Below, piece after piece: positions 24,001 through 36,064 of a stretch of DNA of 64,000 bases. Source of the stretch: Phoronis australis (lineage: Eukaryota; Animalia; Phoronida); contig NMRA01000293.1 of assembly GCA_002633005.1 (NCBI GenBank), positions 360,756-424,755 on the forward strand, written 5' to 3'. Each line of letters opens with the position of its first letter. Positions within the stretch are counted from its first letter, which is position 1. The position numbers and the translations under genes are program-made. A model generated the notes under the pieces. It was not told the origin of the DNA and searched no databases. It saw only the letters and a list, made by a program, of their open reading frames with translations.

Positions 24001-27000
24001 TAATGGGGTGACATTCTTTTAAATCCCCTTGCTCCTCGGTTTTGCTACTGCTAACTGGTGAGTGTACTGTGGGTTAATGTGGTAACATTCTTTCAACTCC
24101 TCTTGCTCATCAGTTACGCTATATGCTGCAAATGTTAGCCACTGGTCACTGAATAGTTTCATCTGGCAGATACCCTGACTGAAAAAAGTGGTTTTTGCAC
24201 AATCTAAAATAAACATACCTGTAAATGTTTTCAGCTTAGTCTTATCAGTATCCATTCTTAAACTACAGTTGCATGCGATTGGGGCATGTGACATCGTGTT
24301 ACGCTGAAAATTTGCCAAAGAAATTCAAAACTTGTGGTGAAAAATCACTTTTGACTAATTCTGTTTCCTTGGCTGCTTCTCCATTTTGTTTCTTCTCATG
24401 TAGCATTGTGAGCATTATCACCAAACTTTGCAGTCTGTGCTTCTTGACCAATTCAACAACGCCAGCACTCCTATTGTCCTATAAGAGAACTTTTTGGAAA
24501 AAAATGTTATAAAGTTCATGGGTAAGTGTGCCATTGCCAGTTTCGTACAATTGGTCTTTGCTCACAATTTTGTTTTGTAAGAATAGCGCATCTGTTAGTC
24601 TATTCTGACAGATGTTTGATTCAGTGTGATAGCATTTCCTGCATGCCTTTCCTTCTGACCATGTACTGGGGAATATAGATGGCCTTACTGACTCTGATGT
24701 TTTATACAGGTCCAGTTACTGAGACCTATTGGGAGGAGATTGCTGAGAGGAGGCGGGTGGCATTACAAGAAACCTTGATTGAAAATGAACAGGTAAATTT
24801 ATTTATTTCAGTGCAGCATTAAAGCTGCTGTAAAACAAAAATCATTCCAAGTTCAAAAGTGTCTGGTATTGCAGTGGACTTCCACGGTATTGTCTGATGG
24901 TCGTCATGGCAAAGAACTTCAACCTGGTAAAGCATTAATTTAATGCTACATATGTCTATATGAAAATATGAGAAAATAAAATTTCACTTAATGTCTTAAA
25001 TTGGTGAGGTTTTACCATAATGTGACATCATCTAGTTCTCTATTACTGAGTGTTACTGGGGATGCACCTACATATAGACACCTCACACTGGACTTCTGAG
25101 TCATTTGAAAGATAACGCATTTTGAGTTTATGAGAGCATCACCTTGTATAATAATTTTGATAAGTGAGATTAAACTTAAATAAAAATTGTCTGTTTTCCA
25201 TTGATGAAAGTGCCGTCAGTTTCTTATTTTCCGTTACACTGTGCATTGTTCTGTATTCGTGTAATAACTTCTGGACTGTTTTCGTATACCCTCAAAACTG
25301 GAACCTAGTGTTAGGAAGTGAAGGGCAAACACTGATGTAGGTATCTATGTCCTAAGTGTGGTGGACACAATCACATACTTATTTATAGGCACTAATAGGT
25401 TGGAACACTTAAAGCTGCATTTCGTTGTGTTTAGCTGGCTAAAAAACAAAAATTGAATTGAGCCTTTTATTCTTATGAAATTGGTCTCATAATATTCCTT
25501 ACTGTGGTAGAATTATGAGCATTTTACTGTTTATTGATAATTATCACTATACAAAGTATCTGTATAGATGCAGTAACCGGGAGTAAAAGGTTATTTTTCT
25601 GCTTACTTACTGGGTGGAAGTGGCATTGGGAGGGTGTTCCATGTCTTGTTCCTAAAACACTCCCACTGGAACACTATACAGTTTGCAAGGAAGACACTGC
25701 CAGTGAGATGTGACATATATCTGCTGTTATCGGTTTCAGCTGCATGCTGAGAATGGCTTGTTGAAGGCTGAGAATGCAGAGTTGAAGGAAGAGAATGGAA
25801 AGCTAGCCGAGATGGCCAGTCAAGCAGAGTATCTAGCTTCTGTTTTGCAGGTAATGTAGTTTGAGTGAAGTAGTCATTCTTGAAGGAACGCTCTCTGTTG
25901 GAGAAACATGCTGTCTAGTATCTTCTTGGCTTGGGTGTTTCGCACTTGTATCGTCTCGTCTTGGTTGGGTTTCGGGTGTGGTGATAGGAGTTTGTGAACA
26001 GTTTTTGGTGGTACCCTCTAGTGTAGATTAATGATTACCTCGCTATTTGTTTGCTCTGAGTTTTAAATGTGTTGCAGCCTTCCCATTCATTGGCTGAAGG
26101 GGCCCCGGGAAGTCTTGAAGGAAAGCAGAAAATGGAATATGACTTGTTTTAGGTTATGGGTAATTTCATCAGCAAGTCTGTCCATTTATCCAAAAATCTA
26201 CAAGACTGTATAAAGTTTCAACTTTATAGCATGTTCTGTGCTCGTAAAGGTTAACACTCACTGTAGGCTTAACGCCCAAAAGCAAAATATGCAAATTTTA
26301 GCTTTTAAACACACGTGATTGAGCCTTCTTTTGAAAATGCCCGCGTCTTTATCTAAAAGCTTAACCATTAAAATCTGCTCAGCCTTTTCTGAGATATGAT
26401 AATTTGGCATTTCGAGGGTTACTCTTAACCCAGAGTCCGGGGTTGAATCAAATTTAAACATTTTTAAATATTAAAATGTGTTACAGAGTTCGTTATTAGC
26501 TAAGTGAAAGAATGTAAGCGTTCAGCAACTGATGTCTTGCAAGAAGTGAATTTTTATGGCCAATAAATGATTTGTAAAAGCAGAATAATCGATAGCAAAG
26601 CAATAGTTGAGTTTATTTATGACGGGTAAGGGGAGTCACAGTGTTTGGGAGAGGGAGGATATCTAAATGTTAAATTACCAATGACTGAAGGAGTTTTGTA
26701 AAACAAATTTCTTTAACACCCTTTGTTATCAAATCCATTTTTTTTCTCCTGATGAGCGAAGTGTGTCTGAAGTGATACACTTTATTATTATGCAATACTG
26801 CGAATACTTCAGAATTTCAGTTTATCTGAGGATGAATTTCTTTAAAAGTAATTGTGTTTAATTTTCATCACCATGTTTTTTGAAAATCAAATGCATTACA
26901 GCCTGTGTGTACCTCAAGGTTTCATTTAGTTTAGTGATAGCTATTTTTCATATACTGGTTATTTATCTTGTCTGCAAGTTCAGTAATCGCTCCATTGTCG

Positions 27001-28379
27001 CTTTTGATATTAATGGATGTTCTTAATGCAAATGGAAAATTGCAGAAACTGGCAGACGATGACCCAGTCCAGGAAAGTGACACTTTGGNCATGCTGCCTA
27101 GTATCTTCTTGGCTTGGGTGTTTCGCACTTGTATCGTCTCGTCTTGGTCGGGTTTCGGGTGTGGTGATAGGAGTTTGTGAACAGTTTTTGGTGGTACCCT
27201 CTAGTGTAGATTAATGATTACCTCGCTATTTGTTTGCTCTGAGTTTTAAATGTGTTGCAGCCTTCCCATTCATTGGCTGAAGGGGCCCCGGGAAGTCTTG
27301 AAGGAAACCAGAAAATGGAATATGACTTGTTTTAGGTTATGGGTAATTTCATCAGCAAGTCTGTCCATTTATCCAAAAATCTACAAGACTGTGTAAAGTT
27401 TCAACTTTATAGCATGTTCTGTGCTCGTAAAGGTTAACACTCACTGTAGGCTTAACGCCCACATGCAAAATATGCAAATTTTAGCTTTTAAACACACGTG
27501 ATTGAGCCTTCTTTTGAAAATGCCCATGTCTTTATCTAAAAGCTTAACCATTAAAATCTGCTCAGCCTTTTCTGAGATATGATAATTTTGGCATTTCGAG
27601 GGTTACCCCTAACCCAGAGTCCGGGGTTGAATCAAATTTGAACATTTTTAAATATTAAAATGTGTTACAGAGTTCGTTATTAGCTAGATAAGTGAATGTA
27701 AGCGTTCAGCAACTGATGTCTTGCAAGTAGTGAATTTTTATGGCCAATAAATGATTTGTAAAGGCAGAATAATTGATAGCAAAGCAATTATAGTTGTGTT
27801 TATTTACGACAGGTAAGGGGAGTCACAGTGTTTGGGAGAGGGAGGATATCTAAATGTTAAATTACCAATGACTGAAGGAGTTTTGTAAAACAAATTTCTT
27901 TAACACCCTTTGTTATCAAATCCATTTTTTTTCTCCTTATGAGCGAAGTGTGTCTGAAGTGATACACTTTATTATTATGCAATACTGCGAATACTTCAGA
28001 ATTTCAGTTTATCTGAGGATGGATTTCTTTAAAAGTAATTGTGTTTAATTTTCATCACCATGTTTTTTGAAAATCAAATGCATTACAGCCTGTGTGTACC
28101 TCAAGGTTTCATTTAGTTTAGTGATAGCTATTTTTCATACACTGGTTATTTATCTTGTCTGCAAGTTCAGTAATCGCTCCATTGTCGCTTTTGATATTAA
28201 TGGATGTTCTTAATGCAAATGGAAAATTGCAGAAACTGGCAGACGATGACCCAGTCCAGGAAAGTGACACTTTGGGAACCAGTGACTCTCCAACCAAACA
28301 CAGTGAAAACAATGAGTTATCGAGTGACAAGGACGATCAGGATGATGAATGTGAACAGGATATTGAATTATATGGTTGA
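21087..28379 (+). CDS. GMNN: Geminin (exons 21087-21173, 22632-22727, 23824-23983, 24710-24792, 25740-25850, 28233-28379; ~227 aa)
   Basis: Phase-consistent splicing gives a D-box (KRRSLKVLQ), the geminin coiled coil (TYWEEIAERRRVALQETLIENEQLHAENGLLKAENAELKEENGKLAEMASQAEYLASVLQ) and an acidic tail. Confidence 0.9.
25907..28275. repeat. ~1.18-kb near-identical tandem duplication joined at a single N (probable haplotype/assembly artefact)
   Basis: 25907-27088 and 27090-28275 differ by scattered SNPs and small indels; the junction is the N at 27089. The first copy carries a truncated start of geminin's last exon. Confidence 0.9.
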
Positions 28380-29833
28380 ACGGAAAAACGTTGGTGGGAA
28401 CAACAGCCATATGTAGGGTGCCAAACTGGGTACCATGATTGGCAGTGCAAGCTATGATTGTAAAAATGATGAAGACTGTGACTGTGCAATCATTGAGGTG
28501 AAGAAGCCAGCTGGTGAATTGCTATTCAATTGGAGTCTTTGCCAGTTCATTGGATCTCGTGCAAGTGGTGCCAGAACATGCTGAGGTACTGTTTTCTCTT
28601 GCCTAAAGTGTTAAGACTGAGAACGGTGTGTTGAATCTAATGTAAGAAGGTTAGCTACAGGTGTTGAAGAGGCTTGATTTTAATCTGTGATCTTTCAGTT
28701 TATTTAGAATTTGCTGTAGTAATTTATCTGACATTCAGATTTGAAGTGATGGTCTGATGATGGAGTGTCTTGGCTCACCTACAACTACGAATTTGTCAGT
28801 TGCAAATGACATCATATGTGTTTATATTCTATTTTTATGAGTGCGAAGTACATAGACTCCAAGTATGTTCAAAGCTTTTCAGCTGTGTGGTGTATATGCA
28901 ATCTCCATTATGAATGGATGCGAAGTTTGTACATTTGTTTATAGCGTGTTGAAACCTGTGGGTCAACTATTGGTCAATTGTTTTGCAAGTTAATAGACTC
29001 ATTTATCATTGCATATTAGCTCAGTTGCCATGGATTATAAAGATATTTCCTTTGTGGTTTGTGTAGGTGATGCATTTTTATTTAATGAACTTTTAAAATA
29101 CAATACAAATTGAAACTGAATGTCAGCTGTATTTAATGGTCTCCTTTTTGTTAATGATTAAGCCTACTTTAACTATTAAAGCCTCTACAAAACCCACCTA
29201 AACTCCTAAGCACAGATGCTCACAGTTACAAAAGCTGAAATATGGGTTTATTTCATCTCTGCAGTCATACTTAATCTACTACGAACCAAATCACCCAAGG
29301 CTTGGTGTTTTATGACTTGGGGTTTCAATACACTGACAGGACTATTACTACTACTACTACTACACTGAACTTGTCACTTCAGTATCAGAAAAAAATACTA
29401 ATTGAGGGTGGATTTCTTTTGTTTAAAAACAGTTTATAATGGATTTCTATGCGCTCAAGTATATATATGTGGGTGAACCCCCTCTGTACCCCCTGGTGGC
29501 AATTTTATTTTTATGATCTCTTTATCTTCGGAGTTTCTTTATGGATTTTCTTGAAATTTGACAAATACCATAGGTTTCTATTAAGGAAGCAACTATGTCT
29601 TTTCATTTTGAACAGATTCCACGGATCTTTCACCACCTTGTTTTTTTCGAGTTTGTTTTTGTCTGGCTCTTTATTTGCCAAACTGCTCAAAGGATAACTG
29701 AAAATTGCAGGTGTGTTCCTTCTGAGAAAACCGTTGCTGATATTTATTTTTCAGCAAATTTGACTACAACAGCGCTCCATAATGGTAATTTTGTTTCTTT
29801 TTTGCATCCGCAGCTGTATTTCTTTGTAGCAAT

Positions 29834-30817
29834 TTTTATGTGCCCACATATTTATATGTGGACGCATTATGCCGTCATCTCTGTCCGTCCGTCCGTTCGT
29901 CCGGGCGGCGTCCGTCCGGCGTCCGGCGTCCGCTGCTCTATCTCCAAAACCCTTTGGCATACGTTCATGAAATTTGGCACATATGTTCCATTCATGAATG
30001 GGACGGCATGTGCGAACTTTCGGACGGATCCGACTACCGGTGTGCCCCCTAGTGGCAATTTTAGTTTTTTACGCTTACCTTTGTATCTTCAAAAGTCCTG
30101 AANNNNNNNNNNNNNNNNNNNNNNNNNNNNNNNNNNNNNNNNNNNNNNNNNNNNNNNNNNNNNNNNNNNNNNNNNNNNNNNNNNNNNNNNNNNNNNNNNN
30201 NNNNNNNNNNNNNNNNNNNNNNNNNNNNNNNNNNNNNNNNNNNNNNNNNNNNNNNNNNNNNNNNNNNNNNNNNNNNNNNNNNNNNNNNNNNNNNNNNNNN
30301 NNNNNNNNNNNNNNNNNNNNNNNNNNNNNNNNNNNNNNNNNNNNNNNNNNNNNNNNNNNNNNNNNNNNNNNNNNNNNNNNNNNNNNNNNNNNNNNNNNNN
30401 NNNNNNNNNNNNNNNNNNNNNNNNNNNNNNNNNNNNNNNNNNNNNNNNTCTAGTGGCAATTTTAGTATTTTACATTGACCCCTGTATTTTCATAGGTCTT
30501 CAGGTGTATACTTTGTGTTACTTCGTGACTGTGAAGGAAAAGTTCCAAGTAGAAATTTGTTTCTGGCATTCTAATGCTGTGCTAATCTCGTATGTTGGTA
30601 AATTTGTTTTTTATTCTATGTTTCTGTGGTGCTTTAAGCAACTGGTGTATAGGATGCACTTGTATTATGAAGATTACTCACATTTTGCCCCTAGCCTATT
30701 GAGGGGACAATGACCATGCCTTTCCATTTTGCAAAGTATGCCCTCTACTGGCCACTTTATAGTACCAATAAACAACCCTAGAAGGATACCGTATGCGGTG
30801 CAATTGTGGGCGCATTT
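29834..30817 (+). mobile_element. Helentron/DINE-1-like non-autonomous element spanning the assembly gap
   Basis: T-run, subterminal IR atgtgcccaca...tgtggacgcat, then (GTCC)n microsatellite and internal repeats (ctagtggcaattttagt on both sides of the gap). The 3' end has a short hairpin accgtatgcggt followed by tgtgggcgcat and a T-run. Confidence 0.7.
30103..30448. other. Assembly gap (N run)
   Basis: Run of N inside a repeat element. Confidence 1.
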
Positions 30818-33185
30818 CAACGCTCCGCGTTGCTCTTGTAGTTTTTTAGATTTGTATGATGGTGCCTTTTCATTTCCAAACTGATTTGAAGCCTCCTAGT
30901 GGCTATTTTTATTACTTCTAAGCTCATTTTTTTCTGTCTCTGTATCTGCCAAACCACTCTAAGGATCATCCTACAAATTGGCTGATGTGTTCTCACTGAC
31001 AAGAGTTTGACTGACATTGATTTTGGGTGTGTCTAGCTTCTGAAGCTCCTAATTGCACTTTTTGCATTTATCTGCTGAACTTAGTACATAATCTTTTTGA
31101 AATTTGGAGAGTGTGTTCTCATTAACTTGACAATAACTGGAAGGTTCCAGTTACTATTTTACCTCCAAGAGGAATGCGATTTTTTACAGTTGTCTTTGTA
31201 TCTTTTGTTCCTGGAGGGATTTCCATGAACTGGCATAGTTTTCTATTATGGAGTCGAGGACATCTTTCAATTTTCAGACAGGTTCAATGTATTCTGCGCC
31301 TCCTAGTGGCCATTCTTATGATACTAATTTACACCCCTAGAAACCTCTTGTTTGGGGTGCAGTCATGGGTGCATTTTAACGCCTCATTGCTCTTGTTTAT
31401 GTTAATATCAAAACTGGTGTTACCTTCCAAACTTAAGTGGTGGTTGTGCTTACTGGCAACGCTTGCAGACAATATTGCTTTTGGCCAGTTTGTTCATAAA
31501 ATTCATGCACAAACAGTCCTGTAAAGATCCCAATCACCTCCGTGACCTCGCTATGGAGGTAGGCCTCTCCTGTGGTTTTGTTGGCAATGTAAGTTAAGGT
31601 TTTAAACTGGTCTTGACTTTAAAAGGACTGGCAGCTTGTTACTACTAAGACCAGGCTCATTGAGTTGGTTTTCATAACTGGTCAATTTTTGCACTGAGCA
31701 GTTTCTAGCACTAACAGCCTGGCCATGCCATGGTCAGAAATCCTCTCTAATCCTATAGACCAGTTTTACATTGACAACGGGTGAGTTTCTTTAAGGGGAG
31801 GTGTTGGGGCAGTTTTATGATTTGGAGTGATATACAGTTAAAAGTACACCTTCACACTTGAATTAAACAATTTTCCAGGTTGTGGTGGGAATGAAGGAAA
31901 ACAAAATGTAGACTTTGACCAAAGAAAACGTTTAAAATTTCTCTTAATCTGTTAGTTCCTTGTTCATTGATTGAATAAATCCCTGTTTAAGTCAATTTTG
32001 TATATTGCCCACTAATTTCATACAGTTATTGCAATTCAAAACAAACATTTAAAAGTACAAAACACACCATATATCAATTTGTATAATTCATGAGTAAGAA
32101 CCTGCAACTGTCTAGAGCTTGTCAACTGATTATCAGAACATCAAACCCTGACCATTTAAAGGTTGTATAGACCTTATCCACAGAAGTCTACATCATCCAA
32201 ATGTCTACAATGAAATTAGGGCTCACCTGTTGAGCACATTTATATAAGCTGCAAACAAACAGGCAAAACAAATTTGTTGTCTATTATTTGGAGCTATCAA
32301 CCTTGAAACAAAAGCATTTTACCCAGCATAAATCACATGATTGACTTTTTATTAAACATTTATAATATAATACTGAATTCGTTTATACTCTCCTTTTCAA
32401 ACAATTCTTGTTACACAGTATTAAATTTTCATGGTTAAATTTAAATGCATTTCCTTAATACTATTACTATATATATTCAGTGATTTACTTAGCAATTATA
32501 CAATATCACATCAGTGCCGTATTTATAAAGCCCAGTTTTAGAACAAGTGCCTTAATATGGCGACGTAAAATCATGGACACCGCCTTTGGATTTCTGGTTG
32601 TTCTACGACTCCGTGACGCCAAAATAGTTCTCATTAAGTTCTCAAGAATTTAACCGAGTGGGAACCGAAAAACGTGGGCAATTGTTACATTTCGAGTCTC
32701 TACATGGACAGTGTCGCACTCTACTCATGACAACTGGCTCATTTCTACATGCTTCCGGTCGGTTTCAGTACGATTTTGGACGGGCTCGGGCGTTTCGGTT
32801 GTGGCACGGCCACCTATAACAAAGCGTTTCCACCGTTGAGTCGGGTTCCCATCCAGTTTTAACCCTTTTTGTCAAATCTCGTAAAACTGAGAACTATCTA
32901 GGTGAGACAGAAAAATACTCCACAGGTTTTTATTGTATTGCTTCAGTCATTATTGTTAAGGATAGGTTACAAGAAAGTGTTTGCCGCAATTACACTTCTT
33001 GATTTTGATTTGTGTGTTACCACATTAGCAAAGAAAAGCACTTTCTGAAATGTAAGTCTGACATAATGTACCCTGTCCAATAACATAGGATTTAGTATAT
33101 TTAGCCCTAAATCCGACAACGATATTTTCTTAGTTGCAGCTATATTATATTGTCAATATGCAGCAATTTTTTCGACGTCCACCTG

Positions 33186-34546
33186 TTAGGATTCCCCGCG
33201 TACGTGCACGTTTGACCATTTCTCGTAGATGCTAGACTTCCCATTTTCCCGCGTGGATGAGAAACCCAGCATGCGCCAACCTTTGCTCAATAGGAATTCA
33301 CCGAGCTCTGGCCGGGTTATGTCGTCGTAAACGTGAATGCTCACATAGCCGTTGCCGAAATCTATGACTTTGGCTTTCTCTCCGAGATTCTCGAATTGAC
33401 CTTCGTAATTTCCCGGAATGTTTCGGTAGGTCTCGATCAACTGCTTGTGTACCGTTTGCCGGAAGGGAATAAGATGGATGACATCAACATGTCCGCACAC
33501 GGTGATGTCCCTGTGGCCTCCATAGACGTCTAGAATTCTTGGTATCAGTCTCGATTCGCCAGCTGGTTCGTGGTCGTAGCTATATCTTGAGCTTCGATGA
33601 AAGCTAAAGTAAAGAAAATACACCTCTTTTTACTTTGTGTCGTGTTACACCCTGATGTGACTGAAGATTTAAATAAGTCTGGAAAGAAATTCGAGATCGA
33701 GACACATGTGTGCCCTAATAGGCCTACATTGTGAAAAAAAGGTACTGATGACTCATTATTTTGATACAACGCCCATGGTTTTACTTCGGCACTACCTATA
33801 TCCAAGTCGAAATATTTAATCATGAAAAGTGCCGCACTAAAAAAGCGATATCGATCCTCACTCCTAAAAGAACCATAGTGCTATCGATCAATGCTATGAT
33901 ATCGCATTCCAGTCTCCGACGGAACATAAAAACATAAAGTAGTTGGCATCGAACCTCCGCCGAGACAGTTACCTGTGATTACCTGTATGGCCTGAACTGA
34001 CAAGAAATGACAGTTGAAAAATTCATGATAGTTAACGAGTTTTTCACCAGAATCAAACGCACCTTTTCCCGAAACCTTACAGCAACATTCGCCTCCAGAC
34101 CCGGGCCTCAGACAAATGATGTGATGTAAGACGTGTGCGCGACAATTTCAGTACTCAAAGTTATGGGTAGTGTTTTATCCAAACGTTCGAGGTAAAACGG
34201 CTAGGATTCATAATCCTATGTAAAATCGACTTGTATGCCCAGTAGCCTCGGCTAACATTGAATGATTACCAGAACACGAGAAGCCGGCTAAGAGGCGAAC
34301 GTCGTCGTCCTGAAATGATCTTGCCATTACTGCCTACCACGTCGCTACAAAAGGTGATAGACGTCAAGTGCTGAGGTCAACCCACAGCAAGATGACACCA
34401 GTAGTGCCTATAGTGTTTTGTCAAAAAATTACGTTGCCTCAGTTACAGTTCGTCATGTTCTGCCGTAGCGTAATTTATTACGTAAAGACTTACCTGTTTT
34501 GATGATCAGAGCCTCCATTCATATGATATCGTGGACGGTGCGACAT
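33186..34546 (-). CDS. Small protein resembling a KCTD C-terminal (H1/GFRP-like) domain without BTB (exons 34546-34494, optional 33996-33973, 33603-33186; 156 or 164 aa)
   Basis: caaaATG...AACAG|gtaagt splices in phase 2 to ctttactttag|C, giving MSHRPRYHMNGGSDHQNSFHRSSRY...RDITVCGHVDVI...ELGEFLLSKGWRMLGFSST...YEKW. Family similarity is recalled by eye (KCTD12 RITVCG ... LSESGFHMVACSST). Confidence 0.7.
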
Positions 34547-35301
34547 TTTGAAGCGTGTGTCCTCGTTCTACCCAAGTATATCCCTCGGTGATTCGGTAAA
34601 CACTCCCCAGATGCGTATGGCTTTTGTCCTCTATTGTGTGTGTGCGGCCAGCTATGTTACAGGTATTCAATCGAAAGCATTCCTGTGGCGATAGACTGGA
34701 ATAAGCTTGAATGAGCTACTCCGGTGTCTAATGGTGAGAAACGAGAAAAGGGAACGATTCTAGTCTGTGTATTCTGTATACTTTTGTGTATTAGCATTGG
34801 ATTGCAAGGTTTCGCGAATGAATAATTAAATTGCTGCCCTCTTCGGTTCCGTTCATTGTTGACCCCCCTTCTCATTATTGGATAAGCCGATCTATACCTG
34901 TTTGTAGTGAACATGGACGCGTCTACGTTTTCACCAAAAGGGTGAATAGCCATTATTGTGTGTGCAGATGGAGGCATACAGTATTTATTCCCATTTCCGA
35001 AAAAAACGCATATTTGACATGACCTTTTCAGTATTGAAACATCATTAAGAAGAATATTTGATGAGACAAATATCCCATAGTGACGATGACGTTAATATGC
35101 CGTTCGATCAGAACGCTGGTGGGACGCACGCCTGATTGTCGTCTGAATAGAACTGTAAACGCTCGTGAGACGTTTGATCTGCTTTTTTATCACCCGATTC
35201 CAAATCAGTCGATAGACTTGCCTCATCGGGAGAAGCGTAATTTATGGTTATATTCCGCTTGTCCATTATATGCACATGATTGGTAGAATATATACAAGCA
35301 G

Positions 35302-35338
35302 TACTACTACCACTACTGCTACTTCTGTTCTGCTATTG

Positions 35339-35386
<48 letters not shown>

Positions 35387-35410
35387 TTATTATTATTATT
35401 ATTATTATTA
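35302..35410. repeat. Compound (TAC)n(TAT)n microsatellite
   Basis: Direct inspection. Confidence 0.95.
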
Positions 35411-36064
35411 TCTTTACCTGGCTGACATCGACTGTAACAATTGTTCATGCCGTGTCAGAAGTTTTTGTCAGTAGCCCAGTTGTAGGTCATAGGCGTAGGA
35501 AGCATTGGGTGGTGGTGCCAGGCGGGGAACATCTGTTCAGTTTTCAATATTTTAAAACGATGTGTGGGATGCGAAACTTTTAATAATAATCAATTGTTGC
35601 TTCCTACGTGTGTGTAGATGTTCATGTAGAACAGACGCGAAGAACATCAACTTCTGTGTGTATTACAAATTACATGTCGCATACAAGCTCCTTGGCCGAA
35701 GCTCTAGTTCTGTCTGCCTTCACTGACCATTCAAACAGCTGACTGGGAACCACGAAGACAAGTGTAAACCGAGATACCCTTCTCCTTTCACTATGTCATG
35801 TAAGAGTGCATGGATGATTAACCTCATAGCGAGACCAAAGACAACAAATAGCAATTAAAGTAACGCAGTAACTCAATCCATTTATTTTGCGAACAACACA
35901 CGATCAGACCGAATATTCAATCTCACAAATGTTATTATCTTCCTTCACAATGCTAAACAAGTTACATCGTAATGTTATAGTGCTCCCATCCAGGTGCAGT
36001 TGGTCTACTCACAATTTTAATTGTTTAACCATTTTTAAATGTTTTTCAAGAACCATACTCGCAA

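Noticed and set aside
25907-28275. Apparent duplication of geminin's last exon / alternative C-terminus
   Set aside because: Copies are near-identical and abut a single N; best explained as two haplotypes of overlapping contigs.
29449-31524. Several 60-170-aa ORFs around the gap
   Set aside because: Derived from the Helentron-like repeat and N run; no protein-like motifs or splice support.
35266-35474. Poly-Tyr / poly-Ser-Asn ORFs (also the poly-Asp ORF at 43203-43439)
   Set aside because: Translations of microsatellites.
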